DNA of 64,000 nt from NCBI GenBank assembly GCA_041687695.1, contig JAWLBL010000002.1, forward strand, positions 166,761 through 230,760, given 5' to 3'. The first letter of the stretch is position 1; the number at the start of each line of letters is the position of its first letter. This document shows positions 44,301 through 56,535 of this stretch, in pieces. The stretch is from Myxococcota bacterium (GTDB taxonomy: Bacteria; Myxococcota_A; UBA9042; PHBI01; JAWLBL01). Under the pieces are notes generated by a model that was not told where the DNA came from, searched no databases, and saw nothing but the letters and a program-made list of their open reading frames with translations. The translations under genes and the position numbers were made by a program.

Positions 44301-45671
44301 AGCAAGGACGCCGCCGGAAACATCCGCGCCTTCCTGTGGTCCGCCGAGCGCGGCTTCGAGGACCTGGGCAGCCTGGGGGGCAACACCAGCACGCCCTTCG
44401 GCCTCACCGCGGCCGGCCAGGTCTACGGACGGGCGGGCGCCAAGGCCGGGGTGACGCGCGGCTTCGTCTCGTCGGTCCCGACCTCGGCCTGCATCTACTG
44501 CCCCGAGGACACCACGCCGCCGACCCTGGTGTGCCCGACCCTGTCGGGCGCGCTCGAGTGCGTGGCGGGCGGCGCCAGCGCGACCCTGCCCGCGCCGACC
44601 ACCTGGGACGCCTGCGGCCAGCCGGTCGAGGTCGGCGTCGGCGCGCCCGAGACCTACCCGGTCGGGGCGACCCCGGTCGTGTTCACGGCGACCGACAGCG
44701 AGGGCAACGCCACCAGCTGCACGACGACCGTCCTGGTCGCCGACACGCTGCCGCCGACCCTGACCTGCCCGGCGCCGGCGATGGTCGAGCCCGACGACGC
44801 CTGCGGCGGCACGGCCGTCGACGTCTTCGCCACCGCCGACGACCTGTGCGACGGCACCTCGGTGACCCTGTTCAGCGACGCGCCGGCCTTGTTCCCGGTG
44901 GGCGAGACGACGGTGACCTTCACGGCGGTGGACGCCGCCGGCCACCTGGCCACCTGCCAGACCAAGGTCATCGTGCAGGCGCAGCCTCAGCTGACCCTGA
45001 CCTGCGAGCCCGAGCTCGCGCTCGAGGCCCCGGCCGACGCCTGCGGCGTGGTCGAGACGCTCTCGGCGCAGCTCACCGACGGCTGCACCGGCGTCATGGA
45101 GACCTTCGTCGAGACCAAGGCCTACCCGGTCGGCACCTCGACGGTCTCCTTCGACGCCGAGGGCTCGGACGGCGCGACCGCCACCTGCGCGACCCAGGTC
45201 GTGGTCGCCGACGTCACCCCCCCGGTGGCGGCCTGCAACCACGAGGTCAGCGTGTCGCTGACGGCGGCCCAGCCCAGCCGGACCTTCCTCGCCACGGCGA
45301 CCGACGCCTGCACGGCCACGGTCGAGGTGAAGGACCTGTCCTGCACCACGGTCGACGCCAACGGCGACGAGGTCGCGGTCGAGGACTGCGCGTCCGTCGA
45401 CGGCGCGGCCGTGACCCTCGCGCCGCGCGGCGTCGAGGGCGCGACCGTGCGCTGGACGGTCGTGGCGACCGACCCCTCGGGCAACCCGCACGAGGCCGTG
45501 TGCGAGACCACGGTCACGGCCGAGCCCGAGCCCGCCCCGCTCGACGACGCCATCCGCGCCATGGGCGGCGGCGGCTGCGACGCGGGCGGCTCCAGCCGGC
45601 CCCTGGCGGCCCTGCTCGGCGCCCTGGCGGCCCTGGCCTTCCTGGCCCTGCGCCGCCGCGCGCGTTCGTAG
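32334..45671 (+). CDS. Giant (4445 aa) secreted surface protein: DUF11 repeats, beta-propellers, Cys-rich CDDGxxCT repeats, HAF-like repeats, HYR domains, MYXO-CTERM-type anchor
   Basis: Signal peptide (ATASA-AP); many DUF11-like units (L.V.K....PG..ITY.L...N.G); CDDGNACT/CDDGDLCT repeats ~42560-43290; DLGSLGG/HAF repeats ~43320-44470; DTTPPTLxCP/YPVG HYR units; C-terminus GGGC + hydrophobic helix + RRRARS. Confidence 0.92.
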   Translation: MFARRLQLCAAVALAAGFALPATASAAPLVDHDAGIWFDTYGDNTGIDTNGGQTTGVKLDPFGQLVTLAPGFDAGQLATSVVEPSSFSAWRTIDLSFTASATADLEVWVQDADTGTTTGPLPLGPPADPSFDASADLSGLGTSVQRVRVLVKLARTGALAPTLQDLRVTWQPESVLQIAKEAPASACAADTVTAKLKVSVSYVEASNLVVWEALPTPSANPFGQAAPLTFVSATSGGLFNAGGPLVIGDVTVPAGAVYWVLGDRPSGQTFALSYTVRSQMGTFDQTVFSGAAHAQADNAAQVASATVGTTITSQPQPFLFRATTGTYRLFGKDHTEAGDVVGFTLSGGNYNVWPGTCGETYFQAVLVEDVSGLVDPAATDPAFSGGAAFDTPPGLHAITGGGVYTATATTVNGVAVPAHSIYWDLGHLAVGAKFNVGYAVDLKAGQPDGPLYDGQSLHTSATLASGHAPEQVVRPQEIVIGVPDDPSGAFAKGDKIRGVASVSAGNDNAFMTIGYGDTLPWLLRTANTGASALNDVLMVDKIPAGTRFVSAFLPTSAAGTVHYHTGGAANDDQTPPDLDAATGVLGAGWTTTPPADASTVTWVAFRVPTLASPYFPDGVTPSDVVAELTTQVLPPADGCPETTLTNRGLFFAYAYTPFGETTPEAIAGGPITTSEVEPVVVVPTVPSFASTHIVASPSTVVAGQSVTHTLSIPNARPTGGPVDQATQVEATIPMPTLQVNGASQPLSPTNVTAPGGQIDLTGLPGALVVRWPSIAPNQTRTVTFDLAVPKGVIDGTTFTTSATVVGHDDVCGVVTGSAARQVKVQATPYLAVTKQVDLSLAGPGQDINYTLGYRNSGNAPSTRTWIVDRVPSTVAFHSAEIPANGAQVWFSDDTPPFDAANPTTAGLPDALIPGFAFSDAVIQAHFVQGSVSNGRVVSPYGAATTWIAWLVDDPALTPPQLVTDQLQQVRFRVTTLEVAQGTVATNEAAILSKELLQSVGNQARTVISPEPSLVIAVDSPDVVGAGEPFQYVLTYVNDSSNPDTSVVISLTLPDGVFYAGTSTHTLNAAAQAEHGGNVPMTPTVSNGGQTLTWIVTDALGGPLGQLEGGAFVVDVAVEAGTPSGTFVTAVAQGNATNDVGAVEVYASTTTLVENPDLGLDLLVDDAAPRAGETVTFTVSLVNGGANRAQGVSLTAQLPAGLTYVPGTTQLATPGWGLVPASEPTVSGGTLTWSLAAGNALTRPPSAPGVFPGATGPVLLVIKATVGASVAPGTTLQTCATVAATTAEEGLLPNDDCVDVRTPLPDVYVTKAAPATAKPGDKIALTLTYGNHNNEHAAGVVLIDRLADGPVPAGDGAVDVRYVSHVVGAGEVAWFSSAPPTGALPAFDAADPAADGWSQSPGALGGPVTHVAFVVGALPAYAPPRTIVVEVELVDPATGLPPQPGSAFEGCATISATTQDDDPSNHEACATTQTPGIDLSLSALCEPPGAEPGLLPGQIWRVTLAYANTGTTTAYGVRLGAELPATAELVALEGDVVALVDAAGQQVGPVDVAGQRLQGVVPVTFDGDGWVLGALDEASPLYYRKIGLRSGDRGQLVLTLKVGEAVASGAQLVGAGAVATDYRFDWVPGDPVEEVTANNQGSCGTTVWRADPFLVKHARVTGDAQASSVGAGERIDYRLEYGNAGQFVAAGTVIEDTLPAGTAYVVGSLTNVPEGATVEFAGAAGYGYQPVGASGTPDPEVKALRIVWQDALPAPANAIFTQDSALDFQAGVHDGTAASVAYDAAIATGAPSGALPTYTTEVIPGEGEGQILAWQKLVMQTVVPATADPMASGKFTVTVLDAATGEPIEGYVDLAPDKSGAIDLSDLDPQAVPAIRLRATFPAVGGLICQAELLQTPIAPKGLPMPLPALVQAVNGAGDLAGLTVLEGNVITPAVWTKSGDGWVTSVIETGYEQASANFINAEGTVLGYVLGGGPAVWHVWTPDAAAPGGWAAATLDFPGATSVNAQALLDGDIIIGTAYVGGDSATAWVPAADGSGEWTPTALDSGSGLNNKLLVGWNPQGDALVTEYTTWSDRTTWAFHRDGDQYTAHQVTGATNAIDISPARTVIANAGNAAPRAFKWDGQAYTELALEVPAGATFLSLQSISDTEVIVGTGSVGGANRSVLYLPQGDGWELVELGAPGPSFTIEHVDAQGLAYGYYYDVNWVPFSGVWMPDAGAPSGYTFVALPDSDALNYRMYDVVGGTSVVAGVTNGVNGNGLELWRADAASGTIAGPVVVADGARVQTTALRDGVAYGIVQTSVTESETYAWSLQADGSLTETAIPDLGDVYEFPVQPSFGTSSGVVVGTAQTLFSSEVGVVLTADPGAEGGWAMQILPSLGGDYLTPLHLTRSGLILAVGTDAVGSNEYGVLVPDATQPSGYRMVPLTANEEAFFAIDHLSESGILVGFGYDAVGQQQYHAWVPNAALTEWVRVPFPAGYGFMQLADSGAIWTKGLDGFAALLPHTGGMEVVYASDLMGEGANFYFSAQVGIAVVRRVLADGTAEQAVYYGNPSRDPSVAELQLPAPAGPTTKFVGANSHGALLGLTPVGGDQLEFGLWIPTDASLAEYTYVPVLTAPDGAVLVQHVGDSYTLAGFAEIDGVKVAVAWLPDDPKHPTSWIMSVVPLAPNSFGATVTAVGETGYLIGTANYKGYNQPTLWVPDASDPSGWASMPYPLSPNQLTGNAILAMASEEAGYHFAGCDVKPSARLDAWRVSYRTDRNPSVAFQAEVLDLCQATITNTADIVTTTPEVTSDNNVGAATLPVRTSDLSVAVTADKSIVAEGETVALTVTWANAGPSAARDARVALALPTGFQLASASPMPVTGTDGRLTWVLGDLPAAQGGQAQLTLVESGAAPDEPLAVVAEALTSSIDCKVGNDTVAQTLVKGAWPNLAVTLTGPATLRVGEAAEFTATLVNDGNAVAEDVVHELVLPAGFTLQALDPAADGQSGQTLTWNVGDLQPGAGGTVTFSLLATDCDAVGAKADILASATTSSTETNVVDNGAVKTAILLEPLGALSAQAFANRATAEAGDEVIYTMLVTNTGAASVAAATATAAIPAHATYVPGSASAGGVLGGGEVAWTLGTLEPGAVAALTWRVVATGEGDLQGLVGAAGEGACPVEAPLEGTQLTGPGVHLVKSAQVPSLCPSAGGAVTWTLTLANTAATAASDVVVTDQVPAGMAYVPGSVFGAGASAASAPSLVWNVGTLAPGAGLTLGYQATVAGGAGKVLTNQAQIAVGDAKWASSTAAVLNDCTRVLTLAKAWTAACVQPGELVTVTLQARNGGTSPLTGVSVTDQVPAGMAFVSASGEHVHDPESDAVTFTVPSLAGGQTATLTLTLQATAGAGEVTANRASATAKGLQPVVSNQVAGVALVCDDGNACTVDTCSPTLGCVFKPAQDGTACDDGDACTLADSCQAGACVGAEPVVCEALDQCHTAGVCDPATGVCSNPAVEDGVACDDGDLCTVGEACWAGECGQSEPVECVASDDCHEVVGCDAQTGECLEKARDDGASCDDGDLCTTVDACSSGVCVGQAPVECVAASACHVPGTCDPETGMCDDPAAPAGTACDDGDLCTTVDTCDGEGACVGVEPVVCEALDPCHLAGTCNPATGVCDNPVAPGDSPVALTLTDVGSLGGSDGAITAANDAGQFVGWATTAEGDEHAALWTEDGGLVDLHAELDLGDGDSRAIGVGEGGHVLLALAIEGGAKLLLRAPDGAATELWAVANLAPTVFGPNEGGLVAGAGIDGLFVGDVAGAQAIELPEGATAATLVGLNDQDQVAGSFSEDGSVQTFIWTVDGGVLFAPTQAGEDAEAVGLNGAGQVAGTWSDATTAKLFVWTPGGDFTLLEGPESPYALGIGEGGHVIGGYYDGVTGGGIVWAPGDAEVTDLGSLGGGELTPVAVNAQGHVVGYAETAWGAVHAFGWSASSGLEGLGALGGDLSRAFAINDAGHALGHSKDAAGNIRAFLWSAERGFEDLGSLGGNTSTPFGLTAAGQVYGRAGAKAGVTRGFVSSVPTSACIYCPEDTTPPTLVCPTLSGALECVAGGASATLPAPTTWDACGQPVEVGVGAPETYPVGATPVVFTATDSEGNATSCTTTVLVADTLPPTLTCPAPAMVEPDDACGGTAVDVFATADDLCDGTSVTLFSDAPALFPVGETTVTFTAVDAAGHLATCQTKVIVQAQPQLTLTCEPELALEAPADACGVVETLSAQLTDGCTGVMETFVETKAYPVGTSTVSFDAEGSDGATATCATQVVVADVTPPVAACNHEVSVSLTAAQPSRTFLATATDACTATVEVKDLSCTTVDANGDEVAVEDCASVDGAAVTLAPRGVEGATVRWTVVATDPSGNPHEAVCETTVTAEPEPAPLDDAIRAMGGGGCDAGGSSRPLAALLGALAALAFLALRRRARS

Positions 45672-45683
45672 CGACGACCCGCC

Positions 45684-45760
45684 GGACCCCCTTGGGGGGT
45701 GGTGCCAGACCACCCCCGAGGGGGTCCGACCCCCTTGGGGGGTGGTCTGACACCACCCCC
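45684..45760. repeat. REP-like palindromic doublet, possibly also a terminator
   Basis: Long hairpin GGACCCCCTTGGGGGGTGGT-gccag-ACCACCCCCGAGGGGGTCC (45684-45727), followed by a second copy GACCCCCTTGGGGGGTGGTCTGACACCACCCCC. Confidence 0.75.
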
Positions 45761-45813
45761 GCAGCTTCGCTGGCTCGCCTCAGGCGGCTCGAGACCCGCT
45801 CCCGAGCTCCGCT

Positions 45814-45985
45814 GGCCCATCCGGGGCGGTGCGCACCCACCCCTTGCGCCTCGCGCGGCCCACCTGGGGCGGTGCGCACCCACCCCTTGCGCCTCGCGCG
45901 GCCCACCTGGGGCGGTGCGCACCCACCCCTTGCGCCTCGCGCGGCCCATCCGGGGCGGTGCGCACCCACCCCTTGTGCCTCGCGC
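45814..45985. repeat. 43-bp tandem repeat x4 with an internal palindrome
   Basis: GGCCCAYCYGGGGCGGTGCGCACCCACCCCTTGYGCCTCGCGC starts at 45814, 45857, 45900 and 45943, with no spacers. Confidence 0.93.
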
Positions 45986-46054
45986 CGGCGCTATGGACCG
46001 CGCCGGCCATGCCGGCGCTATGGACCGCGCCGACCATGCCGGCGCTATGGACCG
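45984..46054. repeat. 27-bp tandem repeat, about 2.6 copies
   Basis: GCCGGCGCTATGGACCGCGCCGRCCAT starts at 45984, 46011 and 46038 (partial). Confidence 0.9.
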
Positions 46055-46155
46055 ACCTCGCGATGGCCCTCAGCCCGCGTCGCTCGCCCTTTCCCAGACC
46101 CGTCGGCCCCGCTACCCTGCCGAGCCCACCTCCTCCCGGCGCCCGGAGCCCCACG

Positions 46156-46755
46156 ATGGCCGACTCGACCGCCCTGCTCGACCGCCCTCCCTTCGTCACC
46201 TCGGCCTCGGTCGGTGACCCCAGCCGCTTCGTCCCCTTCGACGCGTTGGTCGACGCGCTGAGGACGCGCCCGGCCCCGCCGACCACCCACGGCACCCTGG
46301 CGGCCCTGGTCCGCCGCGCCGGCGAGGACGGCCGCCGCGAGTACCCGCAGCGCTCCCTGCTCACGCCCGAGGACGGCCTGCCGGGCGACAAGTGGGGGCG
46401 CGGCAAGCGCAAGCTCGACGCCCAGCTCACCGTGATGGACCACGGCGTCGCGACCCTCATCGCCAACGGCCAGCCGCTGGGCCTGTTCGGCGACCAGCTC
46501 TACCTCGACCTCGATCTGTCGCGCGCCAACCTGCCGCACGGCAGCCGCGTCCGCATCGGCGCGGCCGAGCTGGTCGTGACCCCCGAGCCCCACGACGGCT
46601 GCCGCAAGTTCCTCGACCGCTTCGGCAAGGACGCCCTGCGCTTCACCGCCAGCCCCGACCTGCGCCCCCTCAACCTGCGCGGCATCCACCTGCGGGTCGC
46701 CCGCGCCGGCGAGGTGGCCCTCGGCGACCCGGTCGAGGTCCTCTCGCGCGGCTGA
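46156..46755 (+). CDS. MOSC-domain protein
   Basis: GLPGDKW, GDQLYLDLDLS..NLP.GSRVRIG, PHDGCRKF..RFG and LRGI..RV...GEV; ATG 46156 after GGAG. Confidence 0.88.
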   Translation: MADSTALLDRPPFVTSASVGDPSRFVPFDALVDALRTRPAPPTTHGTLAALVRRAGEDGRREYPQRSLLTPEDGLPGDKWGRGKRKLDAQLTVMDHGVATLIANGQPLGLFGDQLYLDLDLSRANLPHGSRVRIGAAELVVTPEPHDGCRKFLDRFGKDALRFTASPDLRPLNLRGIHLRVARAGEVALGDPVEVLSRG

Positions 46756-46770
46756 GGGACCGCCGGGCCG

Positions 46771-52074
<5,304 letters not shown>

Positions 52075-52166
52075 GATGTGCGAAGGTAGAGGGCCCCCCC
52101 TCGGAAAGCAACCAGACCCCACCGACGATGGGCACGATGGGCGCGCGATGGATGACAAACGCGGGC

Positions 52167-52182
52167 TGGCATCGCGCTTGCT
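52167..52182 (+). promoter_or_regulatory. Sigma-54 (-24/-12) promoter for the divergent lipoprotein gene
   Basis: TGGCATC-GCGC-TTGCT with exact GG-N10-GC spacing; intergenic, ~50 nt upstream of 52232. Confidence 0.72.
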
Positions 52183-52231
52183 TCGAACCCCGCCGCAGGG
52201 ACTAGACTCCTGTCCGACGACCCCGAGGTGA

Positions 52232-52849
52232 GTGGTGCGAGCGACGTTCGGAACCTTCGGCAAGCGCGTAGTCAGGCTGGCGGCCTCCACCGCCCGCGTC
52301 GGTGCCCTCGTGGGTGCGCTGGCCTTCGGCGCCGGCGGGCTGGGCGCCTGCGTCGAGATCGAAAACCCCGAGGACCCCGGCGACGCAGGGGACGCGAGCG
52401 GCGCCGGCGACTCGGCGGGGTCGGACGCGCCCGCCTCGCCCGACGTCCGCGCCGCCGACGAGGCCACCGCGGGCCCCGAGGGCGCCGACCTGACGCTGCT
52501 CGGCGGCGAGGTGCGCCTGACCATCCCCGCCGGCGCCTTCGACCAGACCGTCGATCTCCAGGTCACGCGCGACCTCGTGACGGTCGGCGACCGCACCGAG
52601 CTGCTCGGCTACATCTGGGGCCCCCACGGGCTGCCCATCGAGCCGCCGGCGCGCCTCACGGTGACCCTGGCCCTCGAGCGCTGGCCCAGCGACGCCGGCG
52701 ACCCCTCGTCCGCGCGCCTGTACCGGGAGCGCGACGGGCAGCTCGAGCCGCTCACCGGCGCCGCCGTCACCGTCGACGCCGTCCGGGTCGTGGTCTCCGG
52801 AGATCTCCCGGTGCTCGGCACCGTGGTCGTCAGCGCCGACGTGCCCTGA
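52232..52849 (+). CDS. Lipoprotein with a ZU5-like domain
   Basis: Lipobox LGAC; GPEGADL...LTIPAGAF...GPHGL...PARLTV is ZU5-like. Start position uncertain. Confidence 0.7.
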   Translation: MVRATFGTFGKRVVRLAASTARVGALVGALAFGAGGLGACVEIENPEDPGDAGDASGAGDSAGSDAPASPDVRAADEATAGPEGADLTLLGGEVRLTIPAGAFDQTVDLQVTRDLVTVGDRTELLGYIWGPHGLPIEPPARLTVTLALERWPSDAGDPSSARLYRERDGQLEPLTGAAVTVDAVRVVVSGDLPVLGTVVVSADVP

Positions 52850-53246
52850 CGACCCACTCGGGCCAAGTGTCCGAACCCTTTGGAGATCCCGCCGCGCAAG
52901 CTTCGGGTCGGTTGCCGCTTGTCCGGCCCGGAGCGCGGCCCTACTGCTTGGCTAACCCCACGGATCGTCAACAGGTTTCGACGCCGCAGGCCATCACGGC
53001 CTCCGCGGCTTTCGAGATCTCCCTTCCAGACGTCCCGGGGCCTCGGCGTCCCACGCCGTCACGCGCCTGACTCCCAGGCAGCACTCCCAAACAGCCAAGC
53101 ACCGGCCCGTCCGGCGCCTCCCCACCGATCGCAACGACCGCCTCGACGCCCCCGCCCGGCCAAGCCGCCGCGCGCCGCCGACACGGTCTCGGTGTGTCCG
53201 CCGCGGGCCGCGTTCCCGCACCCGGATTCCTCGAACGAGCACTTCG

Positions 53247-54449
53247 ATGAACCTCCGCAAGCTCTCCCGCCTCGTCGCCTTCGGCGCCCTCGCTTCCCTC
53301 GGCGCCACCGGCTGCGCCAACGAAGTCACCGACGCCCCCTCGACCACCGGCTCGTCCAGCCTCGCCCTGGCCGTCGCGCTCGACGCAGACAGCGACGTCG
53401 CCGGCTTCCGCTTCGACGTCCACCAGGTCTCCTGCGACGGCGAGCGCGTCGTCGAGCCGCTCGCCCTGCAGGTCGAGGGCGATCTGCACGACTTCGGCTT
53501 CCCGGGCGTCGTCCCCGGCCTGGAGCACCTGGCCGGCCACGCCTTCGCCGACCACTACTTCACCCTGCCCGCCGGCTGCTACGACGTGTCGGTCTCGCCC
53601 ATCGGCGACGACGACTGCAGCGCGGCCGTCCAGCGGGGCGTGCGCGTCCACGACGGCCAGACCACCGAGATCCTGCTCGTGAGCCAGTGCGCCGGTGAGG
53701 CGGTCGGCGGCCTCGACGTCATCGCCGGCGTCAACACGGCCCCGACCCTGGTCTCGCTCGAGTTCCAGCCCTCGAAGTTCGTCCAGGCCTGCACCGAGGC
53801 CACCGTCTGCGCGACCGCCATCGACCCGGACGGCGACGACCTCGCCTTCACCTGGGAGCTGCTCGGCGACGCCGCCCTGACCGACGACCTCGAGGTAGTC
53901 AGCCACGACGCCGACGGCGACGCGGTCACCGAGTGCGTCACCCTGACGCCGGCCGAGGCGGCCGCCCTCGAGCTGCGCGTGACCGTCTACGACCTCGACG
54001 GCGACGGCGGCCGCTTCGAGGACGCGCTCGGCGTCGACTCGCGTGACGACCTGGTCTTCCCGATCTACGCCGCCGAGAACCCGGACGGCGAGTGCGACAT
54101 CGTCCTGCCGCCGGGCGAGGACTGCGTCCCGCCGCACAACGCCATGCTGCGCCGCGCCGGCTCCGCCATCGACGGCAACTGCGCGACCATCGTCATCCCC
54201 GAGGGCGTCTGCCCGGCGCAGATCTCGCTGTGGAGCTTCGGCCTGCCCAGCGGCCACGTGCTGCCCTACGAGGAGCAGTTCCTGTTCGACACGGCCACCG
54301 GCTTCTTCGGCCCCGGCACCCACGAGCTGTGCGTCGAGGTCCCCGACTGCGCCTTCCAGATCGATCTCTTCTTCGGCTTGCAGCTGCAGACCAACCGCAT
54401 CATCGACGCCGACGTCTTCCAGGGCGGCGCCTGCGGCTTCCCGGAGTGA
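53247..54449 (+). CDS. Acidic Cys-rich lipoprotein, function unknown
   Basis: Lipobox ATGC; D/E-rich; DPDGDDL.FTW Ig-like module; many Cys. Confidence 0.82.
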   Translation: MNLRKLSRLVAFGALASLGATGCANEVTDAPSTTGSSSLALAVALDADSDVAGFRFDVHQVSCDGERVVEPLALQVEGDLHDFGFPGVVPGLEHLAGHAFADHYFTLPAGCYDVSVSPIGDDDCSAAVQRGVRVHDGQTTEILLVSQCAGEAVGGLDVIAGVNTAPTLVSLEFQPSKFVQACTEATVCATAIDPDGDDLAFTWELLGDAALTDDLEVVSHDADGDAVTECVTLTPAEAAALELRVTVYDLDGDGGRFEDALGVDSRDDLVFPIYAAENPDGECDIVLPPGEDCVPPHNAMLRRAGSAIDGNCATIVIPEGVCPAQISLWSFGLPSGHVLPYEEQFLFDTATGFFGPGTHELCVEVPDCAFQIDLFFGLQLQTNRIIDADVFQGGACGFPE

Positions 54450-54559
54450 CGCCTGATCGCGCCTGACCCCTCGGCCCCGCGCCGAGCCGGGCTCGAGGGC
54501 GGGGCCCGGTCCAGCACCGGGTCCCGCCCTCCGCTTTCGTCGTCCGCGCCGCCGTCGCC

Positions 54560-55555
54560 TCACCCGCGGCCGTACACCCGGTCCACCGCGTGCGCCACGT
54601 CCACCAGACGCGCCGCCTCCTCGTCGAAGCCGGGGCGCTCGCCCAGCGTCCGCGCCCACGCCACGATGGCCCGCCCGCCCCAGCGGTCCGGCGGCGCGGC
54701 CAGCTGCTCGCAGGCGGTCCCCCGGAAGCGCTCGGCCACGAAGTCGTAGAACGAGCCGTCGACGTTGCGCAGGCAGGCCCCGCCGTCGGTGCCGTAGACG
54801 TGGGCCGAGATCAACGCGTCCGCGCCCGCCTGCAGCCGCCAAGAGCAGGCCAGCCTGACGACGGCCCCGCTCTCGAGCGTCAGCGTCGCCACGGCGTAGT
54901 CCTCGATGGCCTCGTCCTCGGGCGCCAGCGGCCGGCCCGCCGCGTACAGCTGGCTGTGGACCGACGTCACCGCCGGGAAGTCCATCACCCACAGCGCCGC
55001 GTCGACCAGGTGGATGCCCAGATCGATGACGCAGCCGCCGCCCGATCGGGCCCGATCGTAGAACCAGTCCTTGTCGGGCCCGTAGGCGTTGTGGAAGACG
55101 ACGTCCAGCGCGAACACGCGCCCCAGCTCGCCCGCGCGGACCATGCGGCGCACGGCGCGCAGCCCCTCGGTGTGGCGGTACGAGAAGTCGACCCCCAGCA
55201 GACGGTCGGCGCGCCGCGCGGCGTCCACGATCGCTTGCGTCTCCGGGGCGTTGCGGCCCAGGGGCTTTTGGCAGAACACGGCGAAGCCCCGCTCGAGCGC
55301 GGCGGTCGCTTGCTCGGCGTGCATGGCGCTGGGCGTGGCGATGACCACGCCGTCCAGATCCAGCGCCAGCAGCTCATCCAGGGACGCACCGACCTTGGCG
55401 CCAGGCACCAGCTCGCGCGCCCGCGCCAGCGCCTCGGGGTGCGGGTCGGCCACGGCCGCGACGGTCGCCACGCCGTGCTCGAGGACCGCCTGCATCCGGT
55501 TGGCGCCGATCCAGCCCAACCCCAAAAAGCCCAGCCTGGGCAACCGCTCGCTCAT
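54560..55555 (-). CDS. Gfo/Idh/MocA family oxidoreductase
   Basis: LGLGWIG, IATPSAMH, FCQKPLG and GGGCVIDLGIHLVD; ATG 55555 overlaps the upstream stop. Confidence 0.93.
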   Translation of the reverse strand: MSERLPRLGFLGLGWIGANRMQAVLEHGVATVAAVADPHPEALARARELVPGAKVGASLDELLALDLDGVVIATPSAMHAEQATAALERGFAVFCQKPLGRNAPETQAIVDAARRADRLLGVDFSYRHTEGLRAVRRMVRAGELGRVFALDVVFHNAYGPDKDWFYDRARSGGGCVIDLGIHLVDAALWVMDFPAVTSVHSQLYAAGRPLAPEDEAIEDYAVATLTLESGAVVRLACSWRLQAGADALISAHVYGTDGGACLRNVDGSFYDFVAERFRGTACEQLAAPPDRWGGRAIVAWARTLGERPGFDEEAARLVDVAHAVDRVYGRG

Positions 55556-56535
55556 GGCACCACCACCGCCTTCAGGAAGCCGTCGGGACGTTCGGCCGTC
55601 GCGCGCAGCGCCTCGTCGAGCCGCTCGAGCGGGTAGACGTGGGTGCACAGCTCGGTCGGCTCCAGCACCCCGAGCGCCACCGCGTCCACGGCCGCCCGGA
55701 TGCCCTGCAGGTAGACCTTCGGGTCGCGCTCGTGGGCGTTGACCACGTCCAGGCCCTTCCAGTTCCACATCTGCATGTTGACCTGGCGCGGCCCGTCCTG
55801 GTGGTAACCGGCGACCACCAGCGTCCCGCGCTCGCCCGTGATCTCGGCCGCGAGATCCAGCGGCCACTGCTTGCCGGCCGCCTCGATGACCCGCTCGCAC
55901 AGCCGCCCGTCGGTCAGGCGCTTCACCTCGTCGACGACCCGCCAGTGGTCGTCCATGGCGATCGTCTCGGCCGCCCCCATCCGGCGCGCCACCTCGCGCG
56001 CGTACGGCCGCCGCGAGATCCCGAGGACCCGCGCCCCCGCCCGCGTCGCCAGGCGCGTCAGGATCGCGCCCAGAAACCCCACGCCCACCACGGCGACCGT
56101 CTGCCCGGCCTCGATGCGGCTGCGCCGGAAGATGTTCAGCGCGCAGCCGAAGGCCTCGCCCGGGAAGGGCTTGTCGTGCAGCGGCGGCGGCAGGGGCACC
56201 AGGTGCGCGGCCTCCGCCACGTCGTACTCGGCGTAGCCCTTGTACGACAGGGCGGCGACCCGCTGTCCCACCTCCACCCCGTCGACCCCTTCGCCCAGCG
56301 CGTCCACGACGCCCCAGGTCTCGTGGCCGCCCTCTCCGGCGCCCATCGGGTAGGTCATCCAGGGCAGCCCCTCCCAGGGCCCCAGGTTGGACGCACAGAC
56401 CCCGCTGCCCTCGAGGCGCAGACGCACCTGCCCGGGCCCCGGCTCGGGGATGTCCACGCGGTCGATCGCGATCTGCCCGGGCGCAGCGATCGTCACCGCA
56501 CGCATGCTCTTGGTGTTCGGCATGCGCAGGACCAT
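55552..56535 (-). CDS. Zinc-binding (MDR) dehydrogenase
   Basis: GVCASN, GHE and VVGVGFLG motifs; GGAGG RBS. Confidence 0.92.
   Translation of the reverse strand: MVLRMPNTKSMRAVTIAAPGQIAIDRVDIPEPGPGQVRLRLEGSGVCASNLGPWEGLPWMTYPMGAGEGGHETWGVVDALGEGVDGVEVGQRVAALSYKGYAEYDVAEAAHLVPLPPPLHDKPFPGEAFGCALNIFRRSRIEAGQTVAVVGVGFLGAILTRLATRAGARVLGISRRPYAREVARRMGAAETIAMDDHWRVVDEVKRLTDGRLCERVIEAAGKQWPLDLAAEITGERGTLVVAGYHQDGPRQVNMQMWNWKGLDVVNAHERDPKVYLQGIRAAVDAVALGVLEPTELCTHVYPLERLDEALRATAERPDGFLKAVVVP

Noticed and set aside
32307..45713. 4468-aa minus-strand ORF mirroring the giant gene
   Set aside because: Antisense shadow of a high-GC3 gene; no motifs, whereas the plus-strand frame has a signal peptide, domains and an anchor.
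45814..45985. Possible CRISPR array
   Set aside because: Head-to-tail 43-bp units with no unique spacers, and no cas genes in the window.
52075..52596. N-terminal extension of the 1941-aa ORF
   Set aside because: Overlaps the divergent lipoprotein gene and the sigma-54 promoter; it is low-complexity antisense translation.
52855..52940. c-di-GMP-I riboswitch-like words (GCAAGCTTCGGGTC...GGTTGCCG) upstream of the 53247 lipoprotein
   Set aside because: The GGCAAAC..GAAA P2 stem and the P3 spacing are missing; a cmsearch against Rfam would settle it.
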